Assembly: GCA_030609775.1 (NCBI GenBank)
Contig: JAUWTD010000001.1
Span: 1-58,575 of the forward strand
DNA length: 58,575 nt
Direction of reading: 5' to 3'
DNA from: Candidatus Altiarchaeota archaeon
GTDB taxonomy: Archaea; Altiarchaeota; Altiarchaeia; IMC4; QMZM01
In this document: one piece after another, positions 9,695-20,987 of the stretch
Numbering within the stretch: position 1 is the stretch's first letter
How the letters are laid out: every line of letters starts with the position of its first letter
The notes under the pieces: model-generated
The model's database searches: none
Told to the model about the DNA's origin: nothing
What the model saw: only the letters and a program-made list of their open reading frames with translations
Position numbers and translations under genes: made by a program

Positions 9695-9907
9695 TCACCG
9701 GACAGCCACATATTCAGCAAAGGCGTGTGGTGTGGGGACAGGCAAGTTATCCTCGATCAGTCCATGTACATGCATTTCAATCGCTTCATATATATTTTGT
9801 TCGACTTCTTCATGAGTCACACCAGTTGCTATGCAACCTGGCAGGTCGGGTGAGTACGCTGAATAATTTTCCTTTATCTTTTCAATAACAACAAGAAAAC
9901 GGTACAT
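9695..9907 (-). CDS. hicB: HicB-family antitoxin (UPF0150 fold)
   Basis: 70 aa. FLVVIEK..ENYSAYSPDLPGCIATGVTHEEVEQNIYEAIEMHVHGL is the typical HicB N-domain. It lies 3 nt downstream of hicA. Confidence 0.75.
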   Translation of the reverse strand: MYRFLVVIEKIKENYSAYSPDLPGCIATGVTHEEVEQNIYEAIEMHVHGLIEDNLPVPTPHAFAEYVAVR

Positions 9908-9910
9908 AGT

Positions 9911-10120
9911 TTATTTTACCTCCTTTTTATTTAATTGTGCTTGTTTTAAAATACTGTTTAATGTGCCAGGTGCCAAATCATGGCTTGGATGACCTGCAAT
10001 AGTCACCCTACCCTGCTTGGTGGGATGTTTGTATTGCCGATGACTGCCTTTTGTTACAACAAGATACCAACCATCAGCTTTTATTATCTTGAGGATGTCA
10101 CGTATCTTCATCACATTCAC
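9911..10120 (-). CDS. hicA: HicA-family mRNA interferase toxin
   Basis: 69 aa. The pattern IRDILKIIKADGWYLVVTKGSHRQYKHP...VTIAGHPSHDLAPGTLNSILKQA is the canonical HicA (YcfA-like) pattern. Confidence 0.8.
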   Translation of the reverse strand: MNVMKIRDILKIIKADGWYLVVTKGSHRQYKHPTKQGRVTIAGHPSHDLAPGTLNSILKQAQLNKKEVK

Positions 10121-10812
10121 ATCTGGTGGCTATTATATTTTTCATTTCAAAACTTAAATATCTGATAAATCCCCTCTTGAAATGTTTTCATGCGTCTTCG
10201 GTTAAGTCTCTGAGGTTGTTTTCAGCAACTTGGGTTTAGGATTGGAATGTATGTCTTTTATCGGGAATTTACCTGTTCAGGTATAATTTTAACTGGAAAA
10301 TCAACAGTTTTAAGCGCATCGAAATAGCATAACACATATATTGGTCAACGGAGGTGGAAACCGCATTTAAGCACTCATGCACCACACAAGCCGTACCCTT
10401 AATCGAAGACCAATGAATCCCATTCATATGTATTTACACTCCAAATCAAAATTGTAAGTAATCAGGTAGGATAGCACAGTTATTTATTTATTTTAGACTA
10501 ATTCTAAATAGGATACATGTGAACATGTGGTCAAAATGTCAACAGATTATAAACCTTGACCAGATATCAGAGAAAATAGACACATGCGTAAAAAGATTTC
10601 GGCATAATATTAGCTGCTTTCAATTACACAATACACCCAATACGGACCAGCATACAGTTCGTCAGCTACAGGAATCGTAAAGAATTCTGCAGCAACATGA
10701 AAACTAAGCTATATTACACAGGATAAATAATGCCAAAAAAGAAGAGGGGACATATAAAAACAATTACAGTCACCGCGTGCAGATTTAGCTATAAGCCAAA
10801 CAAAAAAAAAGA

Positions 10813-12692
<1,880 letters not shown>

Positions 12693-12695
12693 CTT

Positions 12696-13325
12696 TTAAG
12701 TCTCTATTGTAGAATCAGGCTTAGGCTGACACTCCAACAAACCCTCAACACAAACCTCATAACGTTCACAACGATCCTCAATCGCCAACCTCTCCCTTGT
12801 CTTACACATAGCATCCACCGTCCCAGAATCAGCACAATAAGGTATGACTGTAACCCGCTCAACAAAAGAAAAACCCTCACGAAAATCCACACTACATCTA
12901 TACGAAATATTCACATCACCACACATCCCAGTTACACACTCACCAAGAAGAGTTGTAGAGGTAGTGGTTGTTGTAGATGTAGTGGTTGTTGTAGATGTAG
13001 TGGTTGTCGCATCCGAACAAAAACCATCCTCACACCTCATACCCATATTCCTACAGCTCACAGCCTCAGAAACAACAAAATTACCTTCACCGCAAAATAC
13101 CTCAATTAACTGATCAGAGTTCAGACAATAATCCTCTTCAGAAACAGACACACCCTCACTAGAAAACCCGGAGACAAAACCCTTAACAAGATAATCCCTG
13201 CCAAAATCAGAGTCACTGCACAAAAGAGTCGAAGACGAAGTCGTCGTAGATGAAACACCCTCATCCTGATCCACACAACCACAAAAAACCAAGACAACAC
13301 AAAATAAAACCAAGAACCGATACAT
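12696..13325 (-). CDS. Secreted Cys-rich lipobox protein with poly-Thr/Ser linkers
   Basis: 209 aa. Signal peptide ending in LVFCGCVD, the linker TTTTSTTTTTSTTTTTSTT and many paired Cys. It lies 3 nt upstream of ftr. Confidence 0.6.
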   Translation of the reverse strand: MYRFLVLFCVVLVFCGCVDQDEGVSSTTTSSSTLLCSDSDFGRDYLVKGFVSGFSSEGVSVSEEDYCLNSDQLIEVFCGEGNFVVSEAVSCRNMGMRCEDGFCSDATTTTSTTTTTSTTTTTSTTLLGECVTGMCGDVNISYRCSVDFREGFSFVERVTVIPYCADSGTVDAMCKTRERLAIEDRCERYEVCVEGLLECQPKPDSTIET

Positions 13326-13390
13326 AAAAAGATATACGAAACCAAGAAATAAAAGATATTACATATATATCTTATATATTTAAAAAAACA

Positions 13391-14812
13391 ATGAATGATA
13401 TAGTGGACTACAAACAGATAGAATGGAGTCGATACATGATAGCAGCAGCATTTATAGCAACACTATTTCTCAGCTCATGCTGCATTGAAATACCCCAGAT
13501 ACCTCCAATATTTGGAGAAAAAACAACAACCACACACGTAACCACAACCACGGAAATATCTGCAACCACAACAACCATAATCCAGTCAACAGACACCAGT
13601 ACAACAAGCCTCCGGCCACTCCCAACGACAACAACTACCATATATGATACCACGTACCATCCTACATTGGTTTCACTCGCACTAACAACCTACGACTATC
13701 ATGCATATGAGAATCCTGAGGTAAAAATACATGCAGAATACATTACCGAAGGCTGCGAAGATGATGAATGCAGACTATTTAGGATACATGAATATGCAAT
13801 CGACAACTTCTATTACAGAAAAAACGAAACCCAGGAAGACACCGAATGGCGGCCAGACACTGTAGGGGAATTATTAACCAAAAGATATGGCATGTGCACC
13901 CATTTCGCAGCATACTACTACAACTACCTTAAATCACTTGGCATAGAAGCACACGTAGTCCTCGTACCTGAGCACACATACACCTTATCTTGCAACCCCA
14001 ACATAACAAGACTACAAAGATACATAGAAAATGACTCCGACTTTAAAGAATATGTAAAAGACCATATCTTCCCAAGCTTCGAATTTGATATGAACGGTGC
14101 ATTCGACAAAACATGCATCCACCTAGAAGGACCAAGCGCCACAAAAGGTGCATACAGGTACCCTGGAGAATACTACGAGGAAACAAAATTTGTTGAAAAC
14201 CAAAACTACTTTATCAACCCAGAAACCGGAGACTGGGAATTCTTCAATAAAACAGACGTCAAAATAGAAGAACCCAGAGCACTCCTCCAACGCAACTACT
14301 TCTTTGAGATGGGAGAAAACAGCCGGATAACCTGGAAGATGGTAAAAACCAAGAAAAGAATCGACGGAGGATTAGACTACGACTTCGCAGCTAAAGACGT
14401 GAAGATGTCAACAAGATACGGGTACGCAACATTCACAATGCCCGAGTTAACCCGATTCGACAGGGTAAGAGTCAACATAACAATCAAGTCAACCAACCCC
14501 CTCTTATTTTACACACTACAGGAGATAAACCAACTCGACAACTTCATATATTTCATAGAAAACAGATACGCCTCAATAAAAGATTGCGAAGAAAAAACCG
14601 ACTGGTGGAGAATAGATGAAATACCAAGAACAGGAAGCCACTCATACGAATTTGATTACATACGATCCTGTAGCCACGCAGAAAGCGTAACATACTTAAG
14701 CAAAGAATGTTTAATTCCAGACGCAGGGAGAAGAATCTATGTCATCCACAATGAAGGACTATTTAAGACAAACCAAGTCAACATCAGCATAAAATACCTG
14801 GAATTCTTATAG
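13391..14812 (+). CDS. Membrane-anchored transglutaminase-like (Cys protease fold) protein with a poly-Thr stalk
   Basis: 473 aa with an N-terminal TM and a long T-rich linker. YGMCTHFAAYYYNYLKSLGIEAHVVLVPEHTY resembles the G-x-C-x-x-FA...GI.A..V...H core of transglutaminase-like domains. Confidence 0.5.
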   Translation: MNDIVDYKQIEWSRYMIAAAFIATLFLSSCCIEIPQIPPIFGEKTTTTHVTTTTEISATTTTIIQSTDTSTTSLRPLPTTTTTIYDTTYHPTLVSLALTTYDYHAYENPEVKIHAEYITEGCEDDECRLFRIHEYAIDNFYYRKNETQEDTEWRPDTVGELLTKRYGMCTHFAAYYYNYLKSLGIEAHVVLVPEHTYTLSCNPNITRLQRYIENDSDFKEYVKDHIFPSFEFDMNGAFDKTCIHLEGPSATKGAYRYPGEYYEETKFVENQNYFINPETGDWEFFNKTDVKIEEPRALLQRNYFFEMGENSRITWKMVKTKKRIDGGLDYDFAAKDVKMSTRYGYATFTMPELTRFDRVRVNITIKSTNPLLFYTLQEINQLDNFIYFIENRYASIKDCEEKTDWWRIDEIPRTGSHSYEFDYIRSCSHAESVTYLSKECLIPDAGRRIYVIHNEGLFKTNQVNISIKYLEFL

Positions 14813-15607
14813 ATTCAATTCAACTACTTCAGGCATCATCCTCTTATGCTTGCTGCCATCTACACGGGAACATATGCTCCTTACAAGATCTATGCTAAGA
14901 TCTAATTCAATTGCTGTTTTCTCTACAGAATAATTGCACTCAGAAAGAAGATACAGTATCTTATCTATGAGATCATAGACAACTCCAAGCTCACCTTCAT
15001 CAGTCTGACCCTTCCATAACCCTGCAGAAGGCTTCTTCTCAATAATACTTTCAGGCACACCAAGATACTTAGCAAGCTGCCTCACCTGAGTCTTATATAA
15101 GTCACCGATTGGCTCAAAGTCACAGCCCCCATCCCCAAACTTAGTCAAATAACCCAAGAGAAGCTCAGTCTTATTGCTCGTACCTAAAACAAGCCTACCT
15201 TCAAGATTCGCCAAAAGATAATTAAACACCATCCTCACACGAGGCTTAATGTTCGCAAGCGAAAGTTTTTTATCCCCCTCATCGAATTCAACCCATGGAA
15301 ACCCCTTCTTTACAGAGTTTGCGACTTCATCAATCTCAATTATAGAATAGTTAACACCCAGAGAACAAGATAAATCAATTGCATCCCGGATATCCACTTG
15401 CTCAGTCACATCCACCTCAGGCATAATCAAAACATGCGAGTCCACAACAGCAGATGCAAGCTTCAAAACCACAGCAGAATCAATGCCGCCACTCAATGCA
15501 ACAACCACTCCCTTAGCGTGGCTTACATCTACAAAAGACAATATAGCAGACTCAATTGTTTCCTTACAGTACTTCAACTGATCACGCGTAAGATCCATTT
15601 TTCCCAT
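14807..15607 (-). CDS. nadE: NAD+ synthetase (ammonia-dependent type)
   Basis: 266 aa with the PP-loop ALSGGIDSAVV and LGTSNKTELLLGY.TK.GDG, typical of NadE. Confidence 0.85.
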   Translation of the reverse strand: MGKMDLTRDQLKYCKETIESAILSFVDVSHAKGVVVALSGGIDSAVVLKLASAVVDSHVLIMPEVDVTEQVDIRDAIDLSCSLGVNYSIIEIDEVANSVKKGFPWVEFDEGDKKLSLANIKPRVRMVFNYLLANLEGRLVLGTSNKTELLLGYLTKFGDGGCDFEPIGDLYKTQVRQLAKYLGVPESIIEKKPSAGLWKGQTDEGELGVVYDLIDKILYLLSECNYSVEKTAIELDLSIDLVRSICSRVDGSKHKRMMPEVVELNL

Positions 15608-15608
15608 T

Positions 15609-16028
15609 TCATTCTCCTAAAACCTGTAAAACAATCTCTCTTTGCCTATGAGAGGTGTCAAGGTTTATGACAATAATCTGCTGCCAAGTCCCGATAACGA
15701 GTTTCCCGCCGACAAACGGAACAACAAGAGACGTACCAATCAAGGTAGAGCGAATATGACCTCTGCCGTTGTCATCATGCCAGGTCTTATGGTGTTCATA
15801 ATCTATGCCAGAGGGAGCAAGTCGCTCCAATGCAGGTATAATATCCTTTTTGAGACCTGGCTCATATTCAATAGTTGAGATTGCACCAGTCGAGCCAACA
15901 GAAAAAACAGTTACAATCCCTTCAGATAGACCTGTTGCAGAGACAAACTCTTGAACTATCCCGGATATGTCGGCCATATCCCCATCTGCTGCAAGATCTA
16001 CAAAAATCCTCTTGGTTTCCACAGTCAT
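15609..16028 (-). CDS. YjbQ/UPF0047 family protein (secondary thiamine-phosphate synthase-like)
   Basis: HHKTWHDDNGRGHIRSTLIGTSLVVPFVGGKLVIGTWQQIIVINLD is the family signature. The start is set at MTVETKR (16028) because the longer ORF overlaps the upstream gene. Confidence 0.75.
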   Translation of the reverse strand: MTVETKRIFVDLAADGDMADISGIVQEFVSATGLSEGIVTVFSVGSTGAISTIEYEPGLKKDIIPALERLAPSGIDYEHHKTWHDDNGRGHIRSTLIGTSLVVPFVGGKLVIGTWQQIIVINLDTSHRQREIVLQVLGE

Positions 16029-16029
16029 T

Positions 16030-16896
16030 TTATAACACCTTTGCACACTTATTGTTTGTGTTAGCTTCAATAATACGCCCGTCAAACCCCTCCCACGAAA
16101 CCTTAAGTGCCTCAATATCATCCTCTACCAATGCAGCGACCGCAGGACCCGTACCACACAAACCAGCCGCAAGGGCACCAGCCTCAAGAGCAGCTAACGC
16201 AATGCTTGGATCCTGATTCAGGGTTGATGAATACAGCACACCATTAAGATTCATTGCAGAATAAATATTTCCCTTCAACGCCTCACCCCACGCAACACTT
16301 ACTTCATTTGCAAGAAGCTTCACCCGATCCACGTCGACTCCTGCAGTATAGGTCTTTTGTTCAGGAACAAATAAAAGAACCTTACAAGACTCCATCCTAC
16401 CTGATTTAAGAATTATCCTCTTAGTATTATCTGTTACCACAAAACCCCCAAGGTAAGAGGCTGACGCATCATCAAATGCACCCGTTATCGTAACACCTGC
16501 CTTAACTGCTGCATTAACACCCAACCCAATCAACTCCAAATCACCGGGCTTACAGAATTCAGGATGCTCTTTAAGAACAGCATCAACAGTTTCAAGAACA
16601 ACCGCATTCGCTGCCGCACTACTACTCTTAAGACCCCTTGCAACAGGAATATTGCTTTGGGTCTCAATATTTATGCCGTAGTCAACGCCAAAATAGTTAA
16701 ATACCTCACTAGAACACAATTCAATAAGGCGAGTATCTTCACCTGCAAAATCCTTAATCTGTGCATGCACCACACCCGAATCATTCAACTCAACTGACGC
16801 CTTCGTCTCCAAATCTATGCCAAACGCCGCACCCTTCCCGGTTGCTATCGCATTAACTATCGTCGCCGCACCATAGCTTACTGCCTTAGACTTCAT
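16030..16896 (-). CDS. aroK: Shikimate kinase, archaeal GHMP-kinase type
   Basis: 288 aa. YGAATIVNAIATGKGAAFGIDL and the GHMP motif IPVARGLKSSSAAANAV match archaeal shikimate kinases. Confidence 0.8.
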   Translation of the reverse strand: MKSKAVSYGAATIVNAIATGKGAAFGIDLETKASVELNDSGVVHAQIKDFAGEDTRLIELCSSEVFNYFGVDYGINIETQSNIPVARGLKSSSAAANAVVLETVDAVLKEHPEFCKPGDLELIGLGVNAAVKAGVTITGAFDDASASYLGGFVVTDNTKRIILKSGRMESCKVLLFVPEQKTYTAGVDVDRVKLLANEVSVAWGEALKGNIYSAMNLNGVLYSSTLNQDPSIALAALEAGALAAGLCGTGPAVAALVEDDIEALKVSWEGFDGRIIEANTNNKCAKVL

Positions 16897-18470
16897 TCAT
16901 CTTCACCAATACGCATAATCTTCTTTAATACTTTCAGTTCATCCTCAAGCGCTTTATCCTTATCTTTTCTTCTCATAATCTCTTTCTCTTTTTCAATGAT
17001 CTCTTTTTCTATTTCAACAACCTCATGCCCGAAATACTTAACAAAACAACCGATTAACGCAAGGATAGGGAATATCTCCAACCTACCGGCAATCATCTGA
17101 AATATTAAAACTAGCTTAACTATTAGAGATTGAGACATGATATCTATCGTAGAAAAACCCACATTACCTTGAGCCGAAACCGAAAGAAGAAGCGCATCCT
17201 GCAACTCTACACCACCATCGGCGCCCACACCCCAGGCTATAATAGAAAACGTACCGAAGAGAATCAACACAACATATATAAAAAAGAATAACGCAATGTT
17301 TCGCAACTCCTCACCCGAGAACACATTCTTTCCAACCTTGAAGGGAAAAACCGCCGACTCAGGGAGAGACAACTTCTTTATAAACCATCGAATCGCCCCG
17401 GATAACACACCCACACGAATTAGCTTCAACCCCCCGGCAGTTGACCCGGCTCCTCCGCCAACCAACATCAAGATGATTACGAGAAAAATCTCAGAACCAT
17501 GAAGACCATCCAGAATACCCAAGTGGTAGCCTCCAGTAGTAATCGAGGCTATAATGAGGATTATATTCCTATGCAATGAATCCAAAAAATTCCCTCCATT
17601 AGTTAAGGAAGCTGCCATAAAGAAGATAAGGGAAAAAAACATAATCCAGCAACCGAATCTAATCTCAAGATGACCAAAAAACTTCTTAAGATTCCCTGAA
17701 AGCAACACATAATCAAGTGTGAAAGGGATCGCCGCCAAGATAAGGAAAACAAGGATCACAATCTCGGCTAAAGGGGTTATGTTAATGCCCCCGACAAGCG
17801 AAATAAAACCACCCGTAGAAAGGACACTCATCATCGTAGACAGAGCATAAAGAGGAGACATATCAAACAACCATAAAAGGATTGCACCGGTAAAAGTATA
17901 GAAAAGATATATCCTCAAAATAATCTTTGTCGTATGATCAATACTGGGCACAATCCTTTCACCACCCTCCACCCGGTAAAGAAACACAGTTGACATACCA
18001 CCCCGCGCAAGAAGAGAGAGAAAGATAACAATGATACCAAGCCCACCAGTCCACTCCATCAGTGTTCTTGAGAATACAAAACTATGCCGATATGACGGAG
18101 AATCAGGACTCAACTGCTCTTGAGAAAAAACAGTCAAACCAGAGGTAGTATAACCTGAAACACCCTCAAAGTAGCCATTCACCATAACCTCAAAAAAGCC
18201 CCCCTCAAACATCTGGAAAAACGGTATAACACCAATAAGAGGGAGTATGAGCATACTCAACGCAATAAGAAACATAGCACCCCTAAAATCCAGATGCTCC
18301 CTTGGATGATGCATAAAAACCATGCCAACAGACCAAAAGACAATAATCCTAATAACAAGCATCAAGATAGGCTCATGATAATACAGTGCCACAGGTACAG
18401 GTAAAAAAGACAATACCCCGCTGACAACAAGAAACACTCCAAGGTACCAGGATACCTTCCGTATATCCAT
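16893..18470 (-). CDS. trkH: TrkH/KtrB-family K+ uptake membrane protein with a charged coiled-coil C-terminal tail
   Basis: Multi-pass protein with repeated pore-loop motifs (GYTTSGL, STGGF, TTGGY, AQGNVGFS). The start is set at MDIRK (18470); the ORF-track start at 18539 would overlap gatB. Confidence 0.75.
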   Translation of the reverse strand: MDIRKVSWYLGVFLVVSGVLSFLPVPVALYYHEPILMLVIRIIVFWSVGMVFMHHPREHLDFRGAMFLIALSMLILPLIGVIPFFQMFEGGFFEVMVNGYFEGVSGYTTSGLTVFSQEQLSPDSPSYRHSFVFSRTLMEWTGGLGIIVIFLSLLARGGMSTVFLYRVEGGERIVPSIDHTTKIILRIYLFYTFTGAILLWLFDMSPLYALSTMMSVLSTGGFISLVGGINITPLAEIVILVFLILAAIPFTLDYVLLSGNLKKFFGHLEIRFGCWIMFFSLIFFMAASLTNGGNFLDSLHRNIILIIASITTGGYHLGILDGLHGSEIFLVIILMLVGGGAGSTAGGLKLIRVGVLSGAIRWFIKKLSLPESAVFPFKVGKNVFSGEELRNIALFFFIYVVLILFGTFSIIAWGVGADGGVELQDALLLSVSAQGNVGFSTIDIMSQSLIVKLVLIFQMIAGRLEIFPILALIGCFVKYFGHEVVEIEKEIIEKEKEIMRRKDKDKALEDELKVLKKIMRIGEDE

Positions 18471-18513
18471 CTTTAAAAATAATGGAATAGTATTAAATAA
18501 CCTTAAGATCTTT

Positions 18514-19884
18514 TTACAGTCGACCCTTAAGAAGACCAATGACTGTTTTAATGTCCGCCCTCCCCTGCATCCTTTGCATCACATGACCTATCAGAAAATT
18601 CAGTGCCTCATCCCCCCCATTCTGATAGTCCTGGGCTGCTCCAGGATTCTTTTTGATAACATCCTCAATAACAGAAGATAACTTATCAACTGCATGGACC
18701 ATACCTAAACCCTCATCAGTAACCACCTTCAGGGGACTCTCCCCTGAGTCAATAACCCTCTCAATTAGTTTCTTACCCGTACCTTGAGTTATCTTACCAG
18801 CATTAACAAGATCCAATACCTCTACCAGAATCCAGGAATCAAGCTTTGACTCAGAAAGCTCCACCCCACGATAATTCAACTGCCCGAGAACCTCCCGGCA
18901 AATCCAGTTAGCAGCCATCAGAGGATCAATCTTATCTGCAACAGCCTCAAACAGATCAGCTATATTCTTATCCTTCACAAGAATATCTGAATACTTATCA
19001 GGCAATGCATACTTCACCTTAAGCCTTTTTTTACGTATCTGCGGAGTCTCAGGTAAAGGCACTGCAGTGATGAATGCACCCTCAAAGAACAGAGGGGGAA
19101 TATCAGGATCAGGGATATAACAGTAGTCTTCTGCAGACTCTTTAACCCGCATAGGTGTCGTCACCATAGATTTTTCGTTGAAACCACGAGTCTCCTGGAT
19201 CACAACCGCCCCCCGCTTACACATATGCTTTTGACGTATGACCTCATATTTTATGGCCTTATACGCACCCCGAATAGAGTTGATATTCTTGATCTCAACC
19301 TTTGCACCACCCTCAATAGAAATATTCACATCCATCCGGATAACCCCGCCAACATCAACAATACGTTCAGTATACCGTAAAAGATTCAACAAATCTTTTA
19401 AGAAACTGCGCACAGCCTCAGGAGACTTTAAATCAGGAGCGGTAACGATTTCAACCAAAGGAACACCTGAACGATTATAGTCAACCCTACCAGATAATAA
19501 ATCATATCTGCCAGGATCTTCTTCAAGATGAATCTCCCAGATACCCACACCAGAAAAACTGCCATCAACCCCGAAAGGCTCCGATGTCCTCTGGTAACCC
19601 GAAGGCAGATCAGGGTAATTATAGTGTTTCCTTTTAACAAAAATATTTTTAGAGCCTATACTACAATCCAACAAACGCGTTATCATTAAAGCAGACTCAA
19701 TTGCAAGACCATTCACCGGAAAAGTCTTTGCACCAGGCATCCCAGTACAAATTGGACAAATATTTATATTCGGCTGATCTGTTTCATAATAGTTTGTAAA
19801 GCAATCACAAAAAAGCTTCTGCTTTGTTTTCAAAGGAACATGAATTTCCAGGCCAATCAATACATTAGGTTCCACTCCACTCAT
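18514..19884 (-). CDS. gatB: Aspartyl/glutamyl-tRNA(Asn/Gln) amidotransferase subunit B
   Basis: 456 aa with GLEIHV.L.T..KLFC.C, CPICTGMPGA, YNYPDLP.GYQ.. and the C-terminal GatB/Yqey-like tail. Confidence 0.85.
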   Translation of the reverse strand: MSGVEPNVLIGLEIHVPLKTKQKLFCDCFTNYYETDQPNINICPICTGMPGAKTFPVNGLAIESALMITRLLDCSIGSKNIFVKRKHYNYPDLPSGYQRTSEPFGVDGSFSGVGIWEIHLEEDPGRYDLLSGRVDYNRSGVPLVEIVTAPDLKSPEAVRSFLKDLLNLLRYTERIVDVGGVIRMDVNISIEGGAKVEIKNINSIRGAYKAIKYEVIRQKHMCKRGAVVIQETRGFNEKSMVTTPMRVKESAEDYCYIPDPDIPPLFFEGAFITAVPLPETPQIRKKRLKVKYALPDKYSDILVKDKNIADLFEAVADKIDPLMAANWICREVLGQLNYRGVELSESKLDSWILVEVLDLVNAGKITQGTGKKLIERVIDSGESPLKVVTDEGLGMVHAVDKLSSVIEDVIKKNPGAAQDYQNGGDEALNFLIGHVMQRMQGRADIKTVIGLLKGRL

Positions 19885-19949
19885 TTTAATTTATTGGATA
19901 CATATAGATTTAACACCCATTAGATTATATCTTCGAAATAAAACAATAA

Positions 19950-20933
19950 ATGCTAAAAATGAATCTACTCTTCAACCTATCAGGGGAACACCCCCTACTT
20001 CCAAAAGCAGAAATATTCGCAACACTCGAAGGAGAAGACATAGCTTATACTATATCTTCTGAGAACATACAAGAAAGAATCATAATCATGGAAGTAGAAA
20101 CAGAAAACCCAGAATTCATAAACCGACTGGCTATGACAAAAAAAGTCGGCGAATTCATAGGCACCTCCAAAAACTTTGAAGAAATTGCACAAAAAATCCA
20201 AAAAAAACTAATAAACGGAAGCTTTGCAATCGGAAACGGATCACAGAGCATTAGAGAAAACCTGGGAAAAGAGATCTGGAAACTCGGATACGGAGTCGAC
20301 TTACTTAACCCGAAATCAAGCATCCTATGCTTTAAGGATGGAAAAATAGGATATGACATAGCAATTGAAACACCCCTCAAAAGAGACTTCAATGAAAGAA
20401 GACCACATAAAAGACCCTGCTTTCATCCAACCTCCATTGACCCTAAGATTGCAAGAGTGCTTGTGAACCTGGCAAGGATTAAAAAAGGAGACACAATACT
20501 CGACCCATTCTGCGGCACAGGAGGAATACTGATCGAAGCAGCTTTAATAGGTATGATAACACTTGGCTGCGACATCTCAGAGGAAATGGTTGAAGGCTGC
20601 ATAAAAAACATGAGAAACTATAACCTAGATTGCAAGATAATAAAATGCGACGCAATGAACATAGACAGAATAGATGATGAACTCGACGCAATAATAACCG
20701 ACCCACCATACGGCAGATCATCATACATAACAGACAAAAACAAGGAAAGATTCTACTCAGAGTTCATTACTTCAGCCGCAAAAAAGCTTAACACAGGGAA
20801 ACATCTTATACTAACTATGTCGGACTCGATAAAATTAGACCTCAACAAAGAAGAATTCAAGCAAATAGAAGAATACACGATATATGTCCACAAAAGCTTA
20901 ACAAGAAGAATACATGTACTCAAAAGAATATAG
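19950..20933 (+). CDS. THUMP-domain tRNA (guanine-N2)-methyltransferase (Trm11/TrmG10-like)
   Basis: 327 aa. N-terminal THUMP-like region, then the SAM motif ILDPFCGTGGILIEA and the catalytic TDPPYG. Confidence 0.75.
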   Translation: MLKMNLLFNLSGEHPLLPKAEIFATLEGEDIAYTISSENIQERIIIMEVETENPEFINRLAMTKKVGEFIGTSKNFEEIAQKIQKKLINGSFAIGNGSQSIRENLGKEIWKLGYGVDLLNPKSSILCFKDGKIGYDIAIETPLKRDFNERRPHKRPCFHPTSIDPKIARVLVNLARIKKGDTILDPFCGTGGILIEAALIGMITLGCDISEEMVEGCIKNMRNYNLDCKIIKCDAMNIDRIDDELDAIITDPPYGRSSYITDKNKERFYSEFITSAAKKLNTGKHLILTMSDSIKLDLNKEEFKQIEEYTIYVHKSLTRRIHVLKRI

Positions 20934-20987
20934 AAAAAAATAGATTCTTTATTTTTCTTTGCATACAAATAATATAATTGATTTAAG

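Noticed and set aside
10121-10812. SRP RNA, RNase P RNA or rRNA fragment in the large non-coding gaps (also 2374-3005)
   Set aside because: The sequence is AT-rich and lacks the GC-rich helices and conserved motifs expected of these RNAs. No support can be seen by eye.
15609-16121. Longer N-terminal extensions of the ORF-track entries for yjbQ (16121), trkH (18539), the pilin (23224) and fic (53400)
   Set aside because: The extensions overlap upstream genes or promoter elements and add non-conserved, odd-composition residues. Internal starts give compact, family-typical N-termini.
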